DNA of 64,000 bases, taken from NCBI GenBank assembly GCA_934373635.1, contig CAKROZ010000002.1:123540-187539 (forward strand), read 5' to 3'. A program made the position numbers and the translations under genes. Of this stretch, positions 36,352 to 45,200 are shown piece by piece. The stretch comes from an uncultured Eubacteriales bacterium (GTDB taxonomy: Bacteria > Bacillota > Clostridia > Oscillospirales > CAG-272). The notes under the pieces are model-generated. The model did not search any database. It was not told the origin of the DNA and saw only the letters and a list, made by a program, of their open reading frames with translations. Position 1 is the stretch's first letter, and the number at the start of each line of letters is the position of its first letter.

Positions 36352-36855
36352 ATGTATACTTTACATTATAAGACACCGGACGGTTTTTCCGACATGGAGA
36401 TGCAGAGCGACGGTGAGGTGCTGACGCGGCTCGTGTTCCTCGATTCAAAGGATGAAGGAAAGCTCTTTTCACGCGAGGCGGGGGCTGCGTCTCTCCCGAT
36501 CTTTCGTGAGACGGTGAAGTATCTCGACCTGTATTTTCGCGGGGAGGTGCCGAATTTTCTCCCGCGCTACCGACTCGAGGGGGCGACGCCCTTTCGCCTT
36601 GCGGTCTCGAAGTTGATGCTCGATATTCCCTACGGGGAGACGGTGACCTACGGGGCGCTCGCGCACGAGCTTGCCCGTATGACGGGAAAGGAAAGGATGT
36701 CCGCGCAGGCGGTGGGGGGCGCCGTGGGATGGAATCCGATCTGTATCCTGATCCCCTGCCATCGGGTGGTCGGTGCGAGCGGGGCGCTCGTCGGCTACGG
36801 CGGCGGGATCGAAAACAAGCGCCGTCTGCTCGCCCTCGAAGCGGCACACAGATGA
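36352..36855 (+). CDS. ogt: Methylated-DNA--protein-cysteine methyltransferase
   Basis: The active-site motif is ILIPCHRVVGASGALVGYGGG. Confidence 0.85.
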   Translation: MYTLHYKTPDGFSDMEMQSDGEVLTRLVFLDSKDEGKLFSREAGAASLPIFRETVKYLDLYFRGEVPNFLPRYRLEGATPFRLAVSKLMLDIPYGETVTYGALAHELARMTGKERMSAQAVGGAVGWNPICILIPCHRVVGASGALVGYGGGIENKRRLLALEAAHR

Positions 36856-36857
36856 TC

Positions 36858-36909
36858 CGATACAAAACGCAAAGGACTGCCCGAAAGCAGTCCTTTGCGT
36901 TTTGTATCG
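36858..36909. terminator. Very long (23-bp stem) bidirectional hairpin
   Basis: CGATACAAAACGCAAAGGACTGC-CCGAAA-GCAGTCCTTTGCGTTTTGTATCG. Confidence 0.85.
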
Positions 36910-36924
36910 ATGAACCGTCGTTTT

Positions 36925-37419
36925 TTATCCGACGAGGGGCTTTCGGAAAAAGGTGACGCCGAGGGAGCGCCCGAATTTCACGGCAACGTCGTGCAGAGTG
37001 CCTTCGGGGAGGAAGCCGTGCTTTTCGTGAAAGCGGACGGAGGGTTCGTTTTCCGACGTGACGAGCGAGATGAGAGTGCGGATGCCGTAGTCTCCCGCGG
37101 CGGATTCGATCGCGGAAAGAAGCGCGTCGCCGATGCCGCCCCGCCGTGCGTTTTGGGCGACGTAGATCGAGAGGTCGGCGCTCACGCGGTAGGCGCTCCG
37201 CTCATTGAAAGCGGAGAGGTACGCGTAGCCGACGGTCTCTCCCCTCTCGTCCTTCGCGACGAGGAAGGGATAGGATGCCGTGATCTTCCGCACCCGCGCG
37301 CGGAAGGCGGGGAGGGAGAGTGGTTCTTCCTCAAGAGTATAGGTGGTCTGCTCGATATAGCCGTTGTAGATCGCGAGGCAGGCGGCGACGTCCTCCTCCC
37401 GCAGTGTTTCGACCATCAT
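36925..37419 (-). CDS. GNAT-family N-acetyltransferase (phosphinothricin-acetyltransferase-like)
   Basis: RRGGIGDALL is the acetyl-CoA motif, and the overall layout is PAT-like. Confidence 0.7.
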   Translation of the reverse strand: MMVETLREEDVAACLAIYNGYIEQTTYTLEEEPLSLPAFRARVRKITASYPFLVAKDERGETVGYAYLSAFNERSAYRVSADLSIYVAQNARRGGIGDALLSAIESAAGDYGIRTLISLVTSENEPSVRFHEKHGFLPEGTLHDVAVKFGRSLGVTFFRKPLVG

Positions 37420-37847
37420 GCGGTCTCCTCCTCATCCTTTGCGGCGCCCTTCGCGCTGTCCATGCTTCCGCCGAAGACGAAGAAGCGCTGATAGAGGTAC
37501 TCGGTGATGAAATTGAGCAGCATATTGATGCCCGTCACGAGGTACTCGTTCCAAAGTAAGGACACCGTGAGATATTGCCCGAGCAGGGTGGAAAGGGGGG
37601 TGAACACGGCGTAGTATGCGAGTACCTTTGCCATGGCGACGGGGACATTGCTCGCAGAGCGGAAGGTAAACTTCCGATTGAGCGTAAAATTCCAGAGGAC
37701 GGACAGGGCAAGTGCAATCAGGTAGCAGGGCCAATACGGAAGGTGGCAAAGCTCATTGAGCAGAGCGAACGAGCCGAGCTGAATCGCGCCCGCACTGACG
37801 GAAAACGCGACGAAGGACAGCATACGAAAGAATTCCTTGCGGTTCAT
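37416..37847 (-). CDS. GtrA-family membrane protein
   Basis: Four TM helices are present, and WNFTLNRKFTFRS is the GtrA signature. There is an ATGA overlap with the GNAT gene. Confidence 0.7.
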   Translation of the reverse strand: MNRKEFFRMLSFVAFSVSAGAIQLGSFALLNELCHLPYWPCYLIALALSVLWNFTLNRKFTFRSASNVPVAMAKVLAYYAVFTPLSTLLGQYLTVSLLWNEYLVTGINMLLNFITEYLYQRFFVFGGSMDSAKGAAKDEEETA

Positions 37848-38170
37848 ATCGATCTCCCTAATAAAAATAAAATTCGGAGAAAAACGGATAGGGGCAGTAT
37901 AGCACAATCGGCGGGATTTGTCAAGTGGGAGCGGGCTTCCGTACCGATGCGCGGCGCGTGATTGCGGCGGGGGGGTGCTTTTTCTTTTCCGTTTCCGAAC
38001 GGTGCCGCTTTCCGTTTTTCTCTTGTTCCCTGCTTCATCGGCGCTCTGCCCCTCGATCTCCCTTTTGACAAAGGGAGGATTGCACGAAGCAAAAAAAGCA
38101 AACCAATCGAAAACCTATAAAAAATGGCCGAGAAAGACAAATGATTCCCGGTCATTTTCTGTTTTTTGTT

Positions 38171-38220
38171 AAAAAGCTCTCGCAAACCGGGGTTGAAAAC
38201 CGTTCTGCGAGAGCTTTTTT
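38171..38220. terminator. Hairpin terminator (13-bp stem, 21-nt loop) ending the mscL 3' repeat array
   Basis: AAAAGCTCTCGCA...TGCGAGAGCTTTT. Confidence 0.75.
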
Positions 38221-38336
38221 GTTTTATGCGGGGTTTGAAAACCGATTTGCAAGAGCCTTTTGCTTTATGCGTGGGGCGAAAACCGATTTGCGAGAGTCTT
38301 TTGCCTTATGCGGGGTTTGGAGCCTTCTCTTTATGC
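38185..38336. repeat. ~41-bp degenerate tandem repeat (3.5 units) between the mscL stop codon and its terminator
   Basis: The units end in TTATGC at 38229, 38270, 38311 and 38336. The last TTATGC is the mscL stop plus its final Ala codon. Each unit copies one terminator arm plus the loop. Confidence 0.8.
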
Positions 38337-38921
38337 GTCTTTTTTCAGAAGGTCGCGGATCTCGGTGAGGAGCTCGATCTCGCGCTTCAGCCTGTCGGCT
38401 TCGGCACGGGCTTCTTCCGCTTTTTGCTCGGCTTCGAGTCTTGCTTTTTCTGCCGCCGCTTCGGCTTCCGCCTTCGCTTTCGCGTCTGCTTCTTCCTTTG
38501 CCTTCTTCGCAGCTTCCGCCTCTTCGACACCGATGCCTGCCATCGTCTTCAGATCGTTTGTCAGGCGGGACGCACGGGCAGACAGCCGATTTGCGACGCG
38601 CATCATGACAAAGAGGATGAAGGCAATGAGCAGAAAGTCGAGAATCGCCTGCAAAAAGCCGCCCCACATGATGGCGACTTCGGCACGGGTCACGACGACC
38701 TGTCCGTCGGCGCCGAGCTCGGTCAGCTCGGGGCGAATGACCCATTTTGCCTCGGCGAGCTCCGCATCACTCGTGAGGAGGGCGAGGATCGGGGAGATGA
38801 ATCCCTTCGTAAACGCCGAGACGATGGCGGTGAACGCGGTGGCAACGGTCACACCGACCGCCATATCCACGACGTTGCCGCGGGTGATAAACTTTTTGAA
38901 TTCCGACCAGAATTTTTTCAT
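38331..38921 (-). CDS. mscL: Large-conductance mechanosensitive channel MscL with an enlarged loop and a KAE-rich insert
   Basis: MKKFWSEFKKFITRGNVVDMAVGV matches the MscL N-terminus, and the C-terminal LLTEIRDLLKK matches E. coli MscL. About 60 aa of EAK-rich helix are inserted before it. Confidence 0.85.
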   Translation of the reverse strand: MKKFWSEFKKFITRGNVVDMAVGVTVATAFTAIVSAFTKGFISPILALLTSDAELAEAKWVIRPELTELGADGQVVVTRAEVAIMWGGFLQAILDFLLIAFILFVMMRVANRLSARASRLTNDLKTMAGIGVEEAEAAKKAKEEADAKAKAEAEAAAEKARLEAEQKAEEARAEADRLKREIELLTEIRDLLKKDA

Positions 38922-38949
38922 ATCTTTTCCTTCTTTATGTATTTGATTT

Positions 38950-41130
38950 TTATTCTTCAAAAAGAGAGTCCTCCGACGGACGTTCACGCGTGCCGACCGT
39001 GCTTTCGTCACGGAAGAGATCATACACGCTCCGATAGGAGAAATCGCGGATCAGCGCCTCCGCCGCGGCGTTCGATCTTGTTGTAAAGGGGATGCGGATC
39101 GGCGCTTCCTTTACAAGATCGACGTAGTTGTCCGACCACTCGACCTCTATATTTTGAAAATCAAACTTTACATATTTTGCAAAAGCGGCGGCGGACACCG
39201 TCAAAACGAAGTCTCTGCCGCTTCCCTTGATCTCATAGGTGATGTCGGGATAGGAGAAGCGGAAGCTCCGCGGCGGGACCAAGAGCGCGGTGTCCGAAAA
39301 GACGGTATTCTGCCCGTCGGAGAGTGTGAAGGAGAGGTAAAACTCCTTCTCGTGTCCCTGCACCCATTCCGTAAGGTCGAGGCGGAGCGCCGCCGCGCAC
39401 GAGACGGGAGGCGCCGCGACGGGAGAGGTAAACTCCTTTTGCACGCGGTTATACGCATCGGAGAGGAGGCAGGTCGCGTTTCCTCGGAAGGGGGCGGGCG
39501 AAAGGTTCGACAATGTGACGGTCAGGAAGCCGTCCTCGATCGTCGGGATCAGAACGGTCGGTGCCGTCGCACGGCGGAAGCCGTACCACGCCGCCTTCTT
39601 CTTCCCCGTCGAGTCGATGAGGGAGGAGGAGGTGCGCGTCTTCGCATCCGAAAGAGAGCCGAACATCAGGGGGGGCGAGATGCCGTCCTTCCCGCGCTTT
39701 TTGTAGATCTCCGTCTTTAACCTATCCGCCTGCACGATGCCCGAGAGGTAGACGAGCTTTTCCACCCCGTTCGCGTACGGGTAGGAAAGGCTACCCGCGT
39801 TCAGGATCCTCAGAAGGTCACCTTCGTGTTCCTCCGAGGAGATCATCGCATCGGAGAAGTAGTTCCACCCGTCGGCGGGAAGGTAGGTGCGCAGGGTGCT
39901 CATCGCGGGAAGCGAGGGGAAGGAGGCAAGAGGCAATTCCTTCACGAAGACGCAGGAGAGCGTCGGGTCGTACTCCTTCACACAGGCATCAAGCGGCTCG
40001 ACAATGGATTCCTTGTCCGTATAATAACATAGGAGAGAAGGATGATGTGCGGTGCGTGCGATGAGGTCGTATGCCGCCCGCACGGCGTCCTCCTCCGCGG
40101 AGGGTGCGCACAGCTCCTGAAACACCGCGATTCCAAGGCGATCGCAGGACTCGTAGAAGGGTTCGGGGGGATAAACGCCGACGTCGGGAACGAAGAAGGC
40201 ATTGACACCCGCCGCGGACGCCGCCTCCGTGCGGGCACGAACGCGGGCGGGCGTTTCGCGCGCGAGGATGGCGGTCGTCGGAAGGTACGCCGTCCCGCAC
40301 GGGACAAAGCGGGTGCCGTCCGCCGCGAAGGCGAAGGAATCCTCTCCCCCGTCATCCATCGGAGCGAGCGCGCGGACGCCAACGGAGAGCCGCGTCGCAT
40401 CGATCGCCTCGGCGTCACGGTAAAGCGTGACCGTCAGGTGATAGCACGCCGCCTCACCGAGACCCGCAGGGTACCAACGGGTAGCGCGGCGGACATTGAC
40501 TTCCCCGCAAAAATCGGGAAGTCCCGCATAAAAATACTGTCCCGACGGGGATTCCACCGTCGCGACGGCGCGCGTTCCTCTTCCCTCTCCGAGAAGCTCG
40601 ACGCGCACGCGGAGAAAGGTATCCTCTCCCCTCGTCTCGGCGACGACCCCGACGTTTTCGATCGCCACCTCGTCGGTCGTGATGCACTCGACGGAGCGAA
40701 AGATGCCCACGTCATCGAAGAAGGGGCGCCCGTGCGCGGCGGAATCCTTCTCCCTCGGCGGGAAGGTGACGGTCAGGCGATGCTCCCCGGGGGTCAGGTA
40801 GTTCCGCAGTTCGACGGTCGTGACGGCGTGCAGGTCGCAGGCGTCCGCAATCGTGCGTCCGTCGATGCCGATCTGTGCGGGGGCGAAGAGCCCGTGAAAA
40901 CGGAGAAACACGTACCGATGCGAGAGCAACAGCTCGTCCGCCGTCAACGTGGCGGAAAAGGTCGCGCCGTGTGCGAGGATCTCGGCAATGCGCTCGTCGT
41001 CACCCGCCGCGCGCGGGGTCGGAGCCTCTCCGATCGCGGCGAGGGCGCTGACGAGCGAGCAGGGCGCCTTTACGTCGATCGGCGGCATGTCGCGATACTC
41101 GATCTGAAAGTCTGTCAGTTCCTTTCGCAT
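38950..41130 (-). CDS. Glycoside hydrolase family 2-like protein (beta-mannosidase-like)
   Basis: YVFLRFHGLFAPAQIGIDGR resembles the GH2 sugar-binding domain. The GIAVFQEL, HHPSLL...KE and FVKELPLASFPS segments align with the GH2 TIM-barrel motifs as I recall them. Confidence 0.55.
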   Translation of the reverse strand: MRKELTDFQIEYRDMPPIDVKAPCSLVSALAAIGEAPTPRAAGDDERIAEILAHGATFSATLTADELLLSHRYVFLRFHGLFAPAQIGIDGRTIADACDLHAVTTVELRNYLTPGEHRLTVTFPPREKDSAAHGRPFFDDVGIFRSVECITTDEVAIENVGVVAETRGEDTFLRVRVELLGEGRGTRAVATVESPSGQYFYAGLPDFCGEVNVRRATRWYPAGLGEAACYHLTVTLYRDAEAIDATRLSVGVRALAPMDDGGEDSFAFAADGTRFVPCGTAYLPTTAILARETPARVRARTEAASAAGVNAFFVPDVGVYPPEPFYESCDRLGIAVFQELCAPSAEEDAVRAAYDLIARTAHHPSLLCYYTDKESIVEPLDACVKEYDPTLSCVFVKELPLASFPSLPAMSTLRTYLPADGWNYFSDAMISSEEHEGDLLRILNAGSLSYPYANGVEKLVYLSGIVQADRLKTEIYKKRGKDGISPPLMFGSLSDAKTRTSSSLIDSTGKKKAAWYGFRRATAPTVLIPTIEDGFLTVTLSNLSPAPFRGNATCLLSDAYNRVQKEFTSPVAAPPVSCAAALRLDLTEWVQGHEKEFYLSFTLSDGQNTVFSDTALLVPPRSFRFSYPDITYEIKGSGRDFVLTVSAAAFAKYVKFDFQNIEVEWSDNYVDLVKEAPIRIPFTTRSNAAAEALIRDFSYRSVYDLFRDESTVGTRERPSEDSLFEE

Positions 41131-41172
41131 ACAGTCTCCTTTCAATTTTATGTTATTTGTAATGTATTGTTT

Positions 41173-42045
41173 TTATTTTGAGAGAATTTCATGCCCGGTT
41201 TCGGTGATCAGGACTTCGTACTCGATCTGTGCCGAGAGGCGTCCGTCCGCCGTGCGGATCGTCCAGCCGTCGCGCACGTCCTCATAGACGCGGGCGGTGC
41301 CGGCATTGATCATCGGCTCGATCGTGAAGATCATGCCCGGGACGAGGAGCAGTCCGCGTCCCTTGAGCCCCGTATGGGCGACGAAGGGATCCTCGTGCAT
41401 CTCGAGCCCGACGCCGTGCCCGCCGATCTCGCGGACGACGCGGAAGCCGTGACGGTGCGCGAGGGTGGAGATGTCATAGCCGATGTCGCCGAGGTGCGAG
41501 GTATAGGGAGCGAGGTGAGAGACGGCAAGTTTCACCGCCTCCTCGGTCACCGAGATCAGCGTCCTTGCCTCCTCGGACACCCGACCGATGGCGTACATAC
41601 GCGAGGCGTCTCCGAAATAGCCGTCATAGATCGTCGTGCAATCCACGTTGACGATATCCCCCTCTTTCAGCACGCACCGCTCGGAGGGGATGCCGTGACA
41701 GACGACCTCGTTGACCGAGGTGCACACCGCCTTCGGAAATCCCTCGAAGCCGAGGCAGGCGGGCTTCCCTCCGAGGGCGCGGGTCTCCCGCATGACAACA
41801 TCGTCGATCTCGGCGGTGGTGATGCCTTCGGCAACGACCTTTGACACCGCGTCGAGGACGGCGGAATTGACCGCGCCCGCCTTGCGGCAACCCTCGATCT
41901 GTGCGGGGGTCTTTCTCATGCGGCGCGGAGGGACGTGCTCCCCGCGGGCGCGGTAGGGGGCTAATGCAAGGTCGGAGGCTTTATGGCAGGCGGCATAGGA
42001 AAGTCCGCTGCCGCAGGGACAGGCTTCATCGTCTTCGGGTATCAT
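41173..42045 (-). CDS. map: Type I methionine aminopeptidase with an N-terminal SEC-C zinc motif
   Basis: The CPCGSGLSYAACH SEC-C motif is present, along with MetAP motifs (VCHGIP, DCTTIYDGYFGD, GHGVG, EPM). Confidence 0.9.
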   Translation of the reverse strand: MIPEDDEACPCGSGLSYAACHKASDLALAPYRARGEHVPPRRMRKTPAQIEGCRKAGAVNSAVLDAVSKVVAEGITTAEIDDVVMRETRALGGKPACLGFEGFPKAVCTSVNEVVCHGIPSERCVLKEGDIVNVDCTTIYDGYFGDASRMYAIGRVSEEARTLISVTEEAVKLAVSHLAPYTSHLGDIGYDISTLAHRHGFRVVREIGGHGVGLEMHEDPFVAHTGLKGRGLLLVPGMIFTIEPMINAGTARVYEDVRDGWTIRTADGRLSAQIEYEVLITETGHEILSK

Positions 42046-42209
42046 GACGGCTCCTTTTTTGAATGTAGGTTTCTTTCTTATTCATTATACCACCGTTTGC
42101 GCGTTTTTTCAACTCCTTTTTTTATGTGAATTTTCACAAAGCCGCTTTTCTCTTTTTGTGCATGTTTATAAAAGAATTTATTTTTTTAGCGAAAAAAGAC
42201 CAGACTCCC

Positions 42210-42238
42210 TTGCAAACGAATAAAGAATATGATAAAAT
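42210..42238 (+). promoter_or_regulatory. SigmaA-type promoter (TTGCAA-17-TAAAAT) of the Cys-rich lipoprotein gene
   Basis: Read directly. A strong RBS, GGAGGAGG, lies 6 nt before ATG 42271. Confidence 0.55.
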
Positions 42239-42270
42239 ATTTTTTGCAAATATTATAGGAGGAGGTTTTC

Positions 42271-45200
42271 ATGAAGAAGAAAATCCTGTTGTTTCTCGCG
42301 GTGTTATGCCTGCTTCTCGGGTTGACCGCCTGCTCTCTCGTCGGTGCGGATCCCTCGACCTGCGAGCATGTTTACACCAACGAGTGCGACGACACCTGTA
42401 ACAAATGCGGCGCGGTGCGCGAAGCCCCGCACGCATATGAGAACGGTTGCTCCACAAAGTGCCCGAAATGCGGCAAGGAGAGAGTCACCGAGCACAAGTA
42501 CGACAACGACTGCGATCCGACCTGCAACGTCTGCGGTGCGGAGAGAATCGTCGAAGGACACAAGTACGATAACGTGTGCGACGCGGTGTGCAACATCTGC
42601 GGTGCGACGCGCGACGTGCCCGATCATGTCTACGCGACGAAGTGCTCTCCGACCTGCACGGTGTGCGGACACGTCCGTCAGGTCAATCATACATATGCGT
42701 CCGCGTGTGCCGAGAAATGTTCGGTCTGCGGCGAGACGCGCGAACCGACCGTCGCGCACGAGTATTCGAGCGAATGCGACACAACCTGCGACAAGTGCGG
42801 AAAGGTGCGCACGACCGAGGTTGCCCACGAATACTTCGGCGAGTGCGCCACCAAGTGCAAGTGGTGCGGCGAGGTGCGTGCGAATAACACCGCACATCGC
42901 TGGTCGGGCGACTGCGACAGCGAGTGCAACGTCTGCCACGAAACAAGAGAGACCACCGTCGAGCATAACTATGACGGCAAAGACTGCCGCGAGACCTGCA
43001 CGGTCTGCGGTGCGCGCCGCGTGTTTGATCCCGACAAGGAACAGCCGGAGCACACCTACGCCGGTCCCTGCTCTGACAGATGCTCGGTGTGCGGAGAGGC
43101 GCGCGAGGTCATCCCTCACAAGTTCTCCTCCGACTGCGACACGACCTGCGACAACTGCGGTGCCACCCGCACGGGAACGCCCGCGCACACCTTCCTCCAC
43201 GACTGCCAGACGAAGTGCGAGTATTGTGACGGTGTGCGGGAGATGCCCGAGGGAATGAGCCACAATTTCGAGTTCGAATGCTCCGAGTTTTGCTCGGTCT
43301 GCAAAGAGGCGAACCCCGACCACAAGGCTCACGACTACGGCAACCTCCCGAATTGTAACGCGGAGTGCGAGAGATGCGGCGCGACGAGAATTCCCCCGCA
43401 CCGCTATCTGTCCGCCTGCGCGGAATTCTGTGCCGACTGCGGTGCCGAACGTCCCAAGGATCAGATTAAGGAAGAGCACAATTATGGCGACCATGCGTGC
43501 CGGGAAACCTGCCTTAACTGCGGAAAGCATCGCTCCGCCTCGGGGAGTCACAACTATGCCAAACCCTCCTGCGACGAAGAGTGCAGTGTGTGCGGCGAGC
43601 TTCGCGAAGCGCCCCATATTTACTCAAGTGACTGCGACGAGGAATGCAATGTTTGCGGTCACAAGCGCAAGGCTCCGCATGGTCACACCTACTCGGGCGG
43701 TTCCGAGAGTTGTGACACGATCTGTAACGTATGCGGTGCCGAAAGAACCACCAAGACGCCACACATCCGCGAACATGTCTGCGACGACATCTGCAAGGTC
43801 TGCGGTGTAAGCATCGGACAGGAAAAGCCCCACATCTACCCTGCGGGCGAAGTGCGTTGCGATACGAAGTGCACGGTCTGCGGCAAGGAAAAGGGCGATC
43901 ACGTCTACGGCGAGAGCGGTCTTGCCGAGGAGTGCGATACCACCTGTAACGAGTGCGGTGCGGTGCGAGAGGCTCCTCACTCCTATCTGAACGACTGCGC
44001 CACCGACTGTCAGCTCTGCGGACAGCGGACGCGCGAGAATCCTCCTCACAACTTCACCTACCGTTGCCAGACGAAGTGCGCGGATTGCGACTACACACGG
44101 GAAGCGGAGGCACATTCCTTCACCTACGAGTGCGATACCGAATGCCCCGTTTGCCACGAGACGCGCGAGGCGCATCACGAGTACGACAGCAACTGCACGC
44201 AGGAGTGCAAGTTCTGTCACAGAATTACCCGCGCGGCGGAGGACGTTCCTCATGAATTTGCGCATCCCGAGTGCGACGAGGTCTGCCCCACCTGCGGTGC
44301 GCCGAATCTCCACGCCGAGGGGCACGACTACAACGGCAGCCCAAGCTGTGACGCGGTCTGCAAATACTGCGGAAGAAAGCAAGGCAACCACACCTACGGC
44401 GATCCCAACATCGGTCTTGCCCCCGAGTGCGACGATGAGTGCAACGTGTGCGGCGACAAGAGGAAAGCTCCGCACTTCTTCGACCATCCGTGCGACGAGA
44501 CCTGCAAGGAATGCGGTAAGGAAAGACTCGACAGAGACGAGCACAAGTACGCAGATGACTGCACCAAGATCTGCGAGGTCTGCGAAAAAGAGACGAGAGA
44601 GAACCCGCCTCACGTGTTCTCCTCCGACTGTGACGAGACCTGTAACGTGTGTGGCTACGTCCGCAAGGGCGGCAAAGGCGGAGAAAAAAATCCCTCGCCT
44701 CACAACTACATCCACAAGTGTCAGACGCACTGCGAGGACTGTGACCACGTTCGCGAAGCGGCGGAAGTAGATCACACCTACACGGCGGGACGCGAGCTTT
44801 GCGACACGGAGTGCCTTGTCTGCCATGAGACGAGAATTCCTCCTCACAAGTATGCAAGCAACTGCGACGAGAAATGCGATATCTGCCTCAAAGAGAGAAC
44901 CCCGACGGAAGGTCACCACTACATCGAGCCCTGCGGAACCATTTGTACCGAATGTAACCAGAGAAGAGCGAGCGGTACTGCGCACTCCTACGACAAGGAA
45001 TACTGCGACACGCAGTGCAAGATCTGCGGCGAAAGGAGAACCCCGACGCACTTCTACAAGACCGATTGCAGCGAAGAGTGCATGTACTGTGACAACGGTA
45101 AGCGCACGCATCTGAAGGATCACACCTATTCGGGCGACTGCGACGTCGTGTGCAACGAGTGCGGAGAAAAGAGAGTCTTAAACGATCCTCATCACGTATA

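Noticed and set aside
38185-38336. A CRISPR array (also considered for 47435-47562)
   Set aside because: The units are contiguous degenerate tandem copies with no unique spacers between them. They are only 31-41 bp in period, derive from terminator arms, and have no cas genes nearby.
42304-45123. Two long minus-strand ORFs (437 and 499 aa) opposite the Cys-rich lipoprotein gene
   Set aside because: They are antisense shadows. They show the complement of the repeat periodicity but have no start context. The plus-strand ORF has a promoter, a strong RBS, a lipobox and a terminator.
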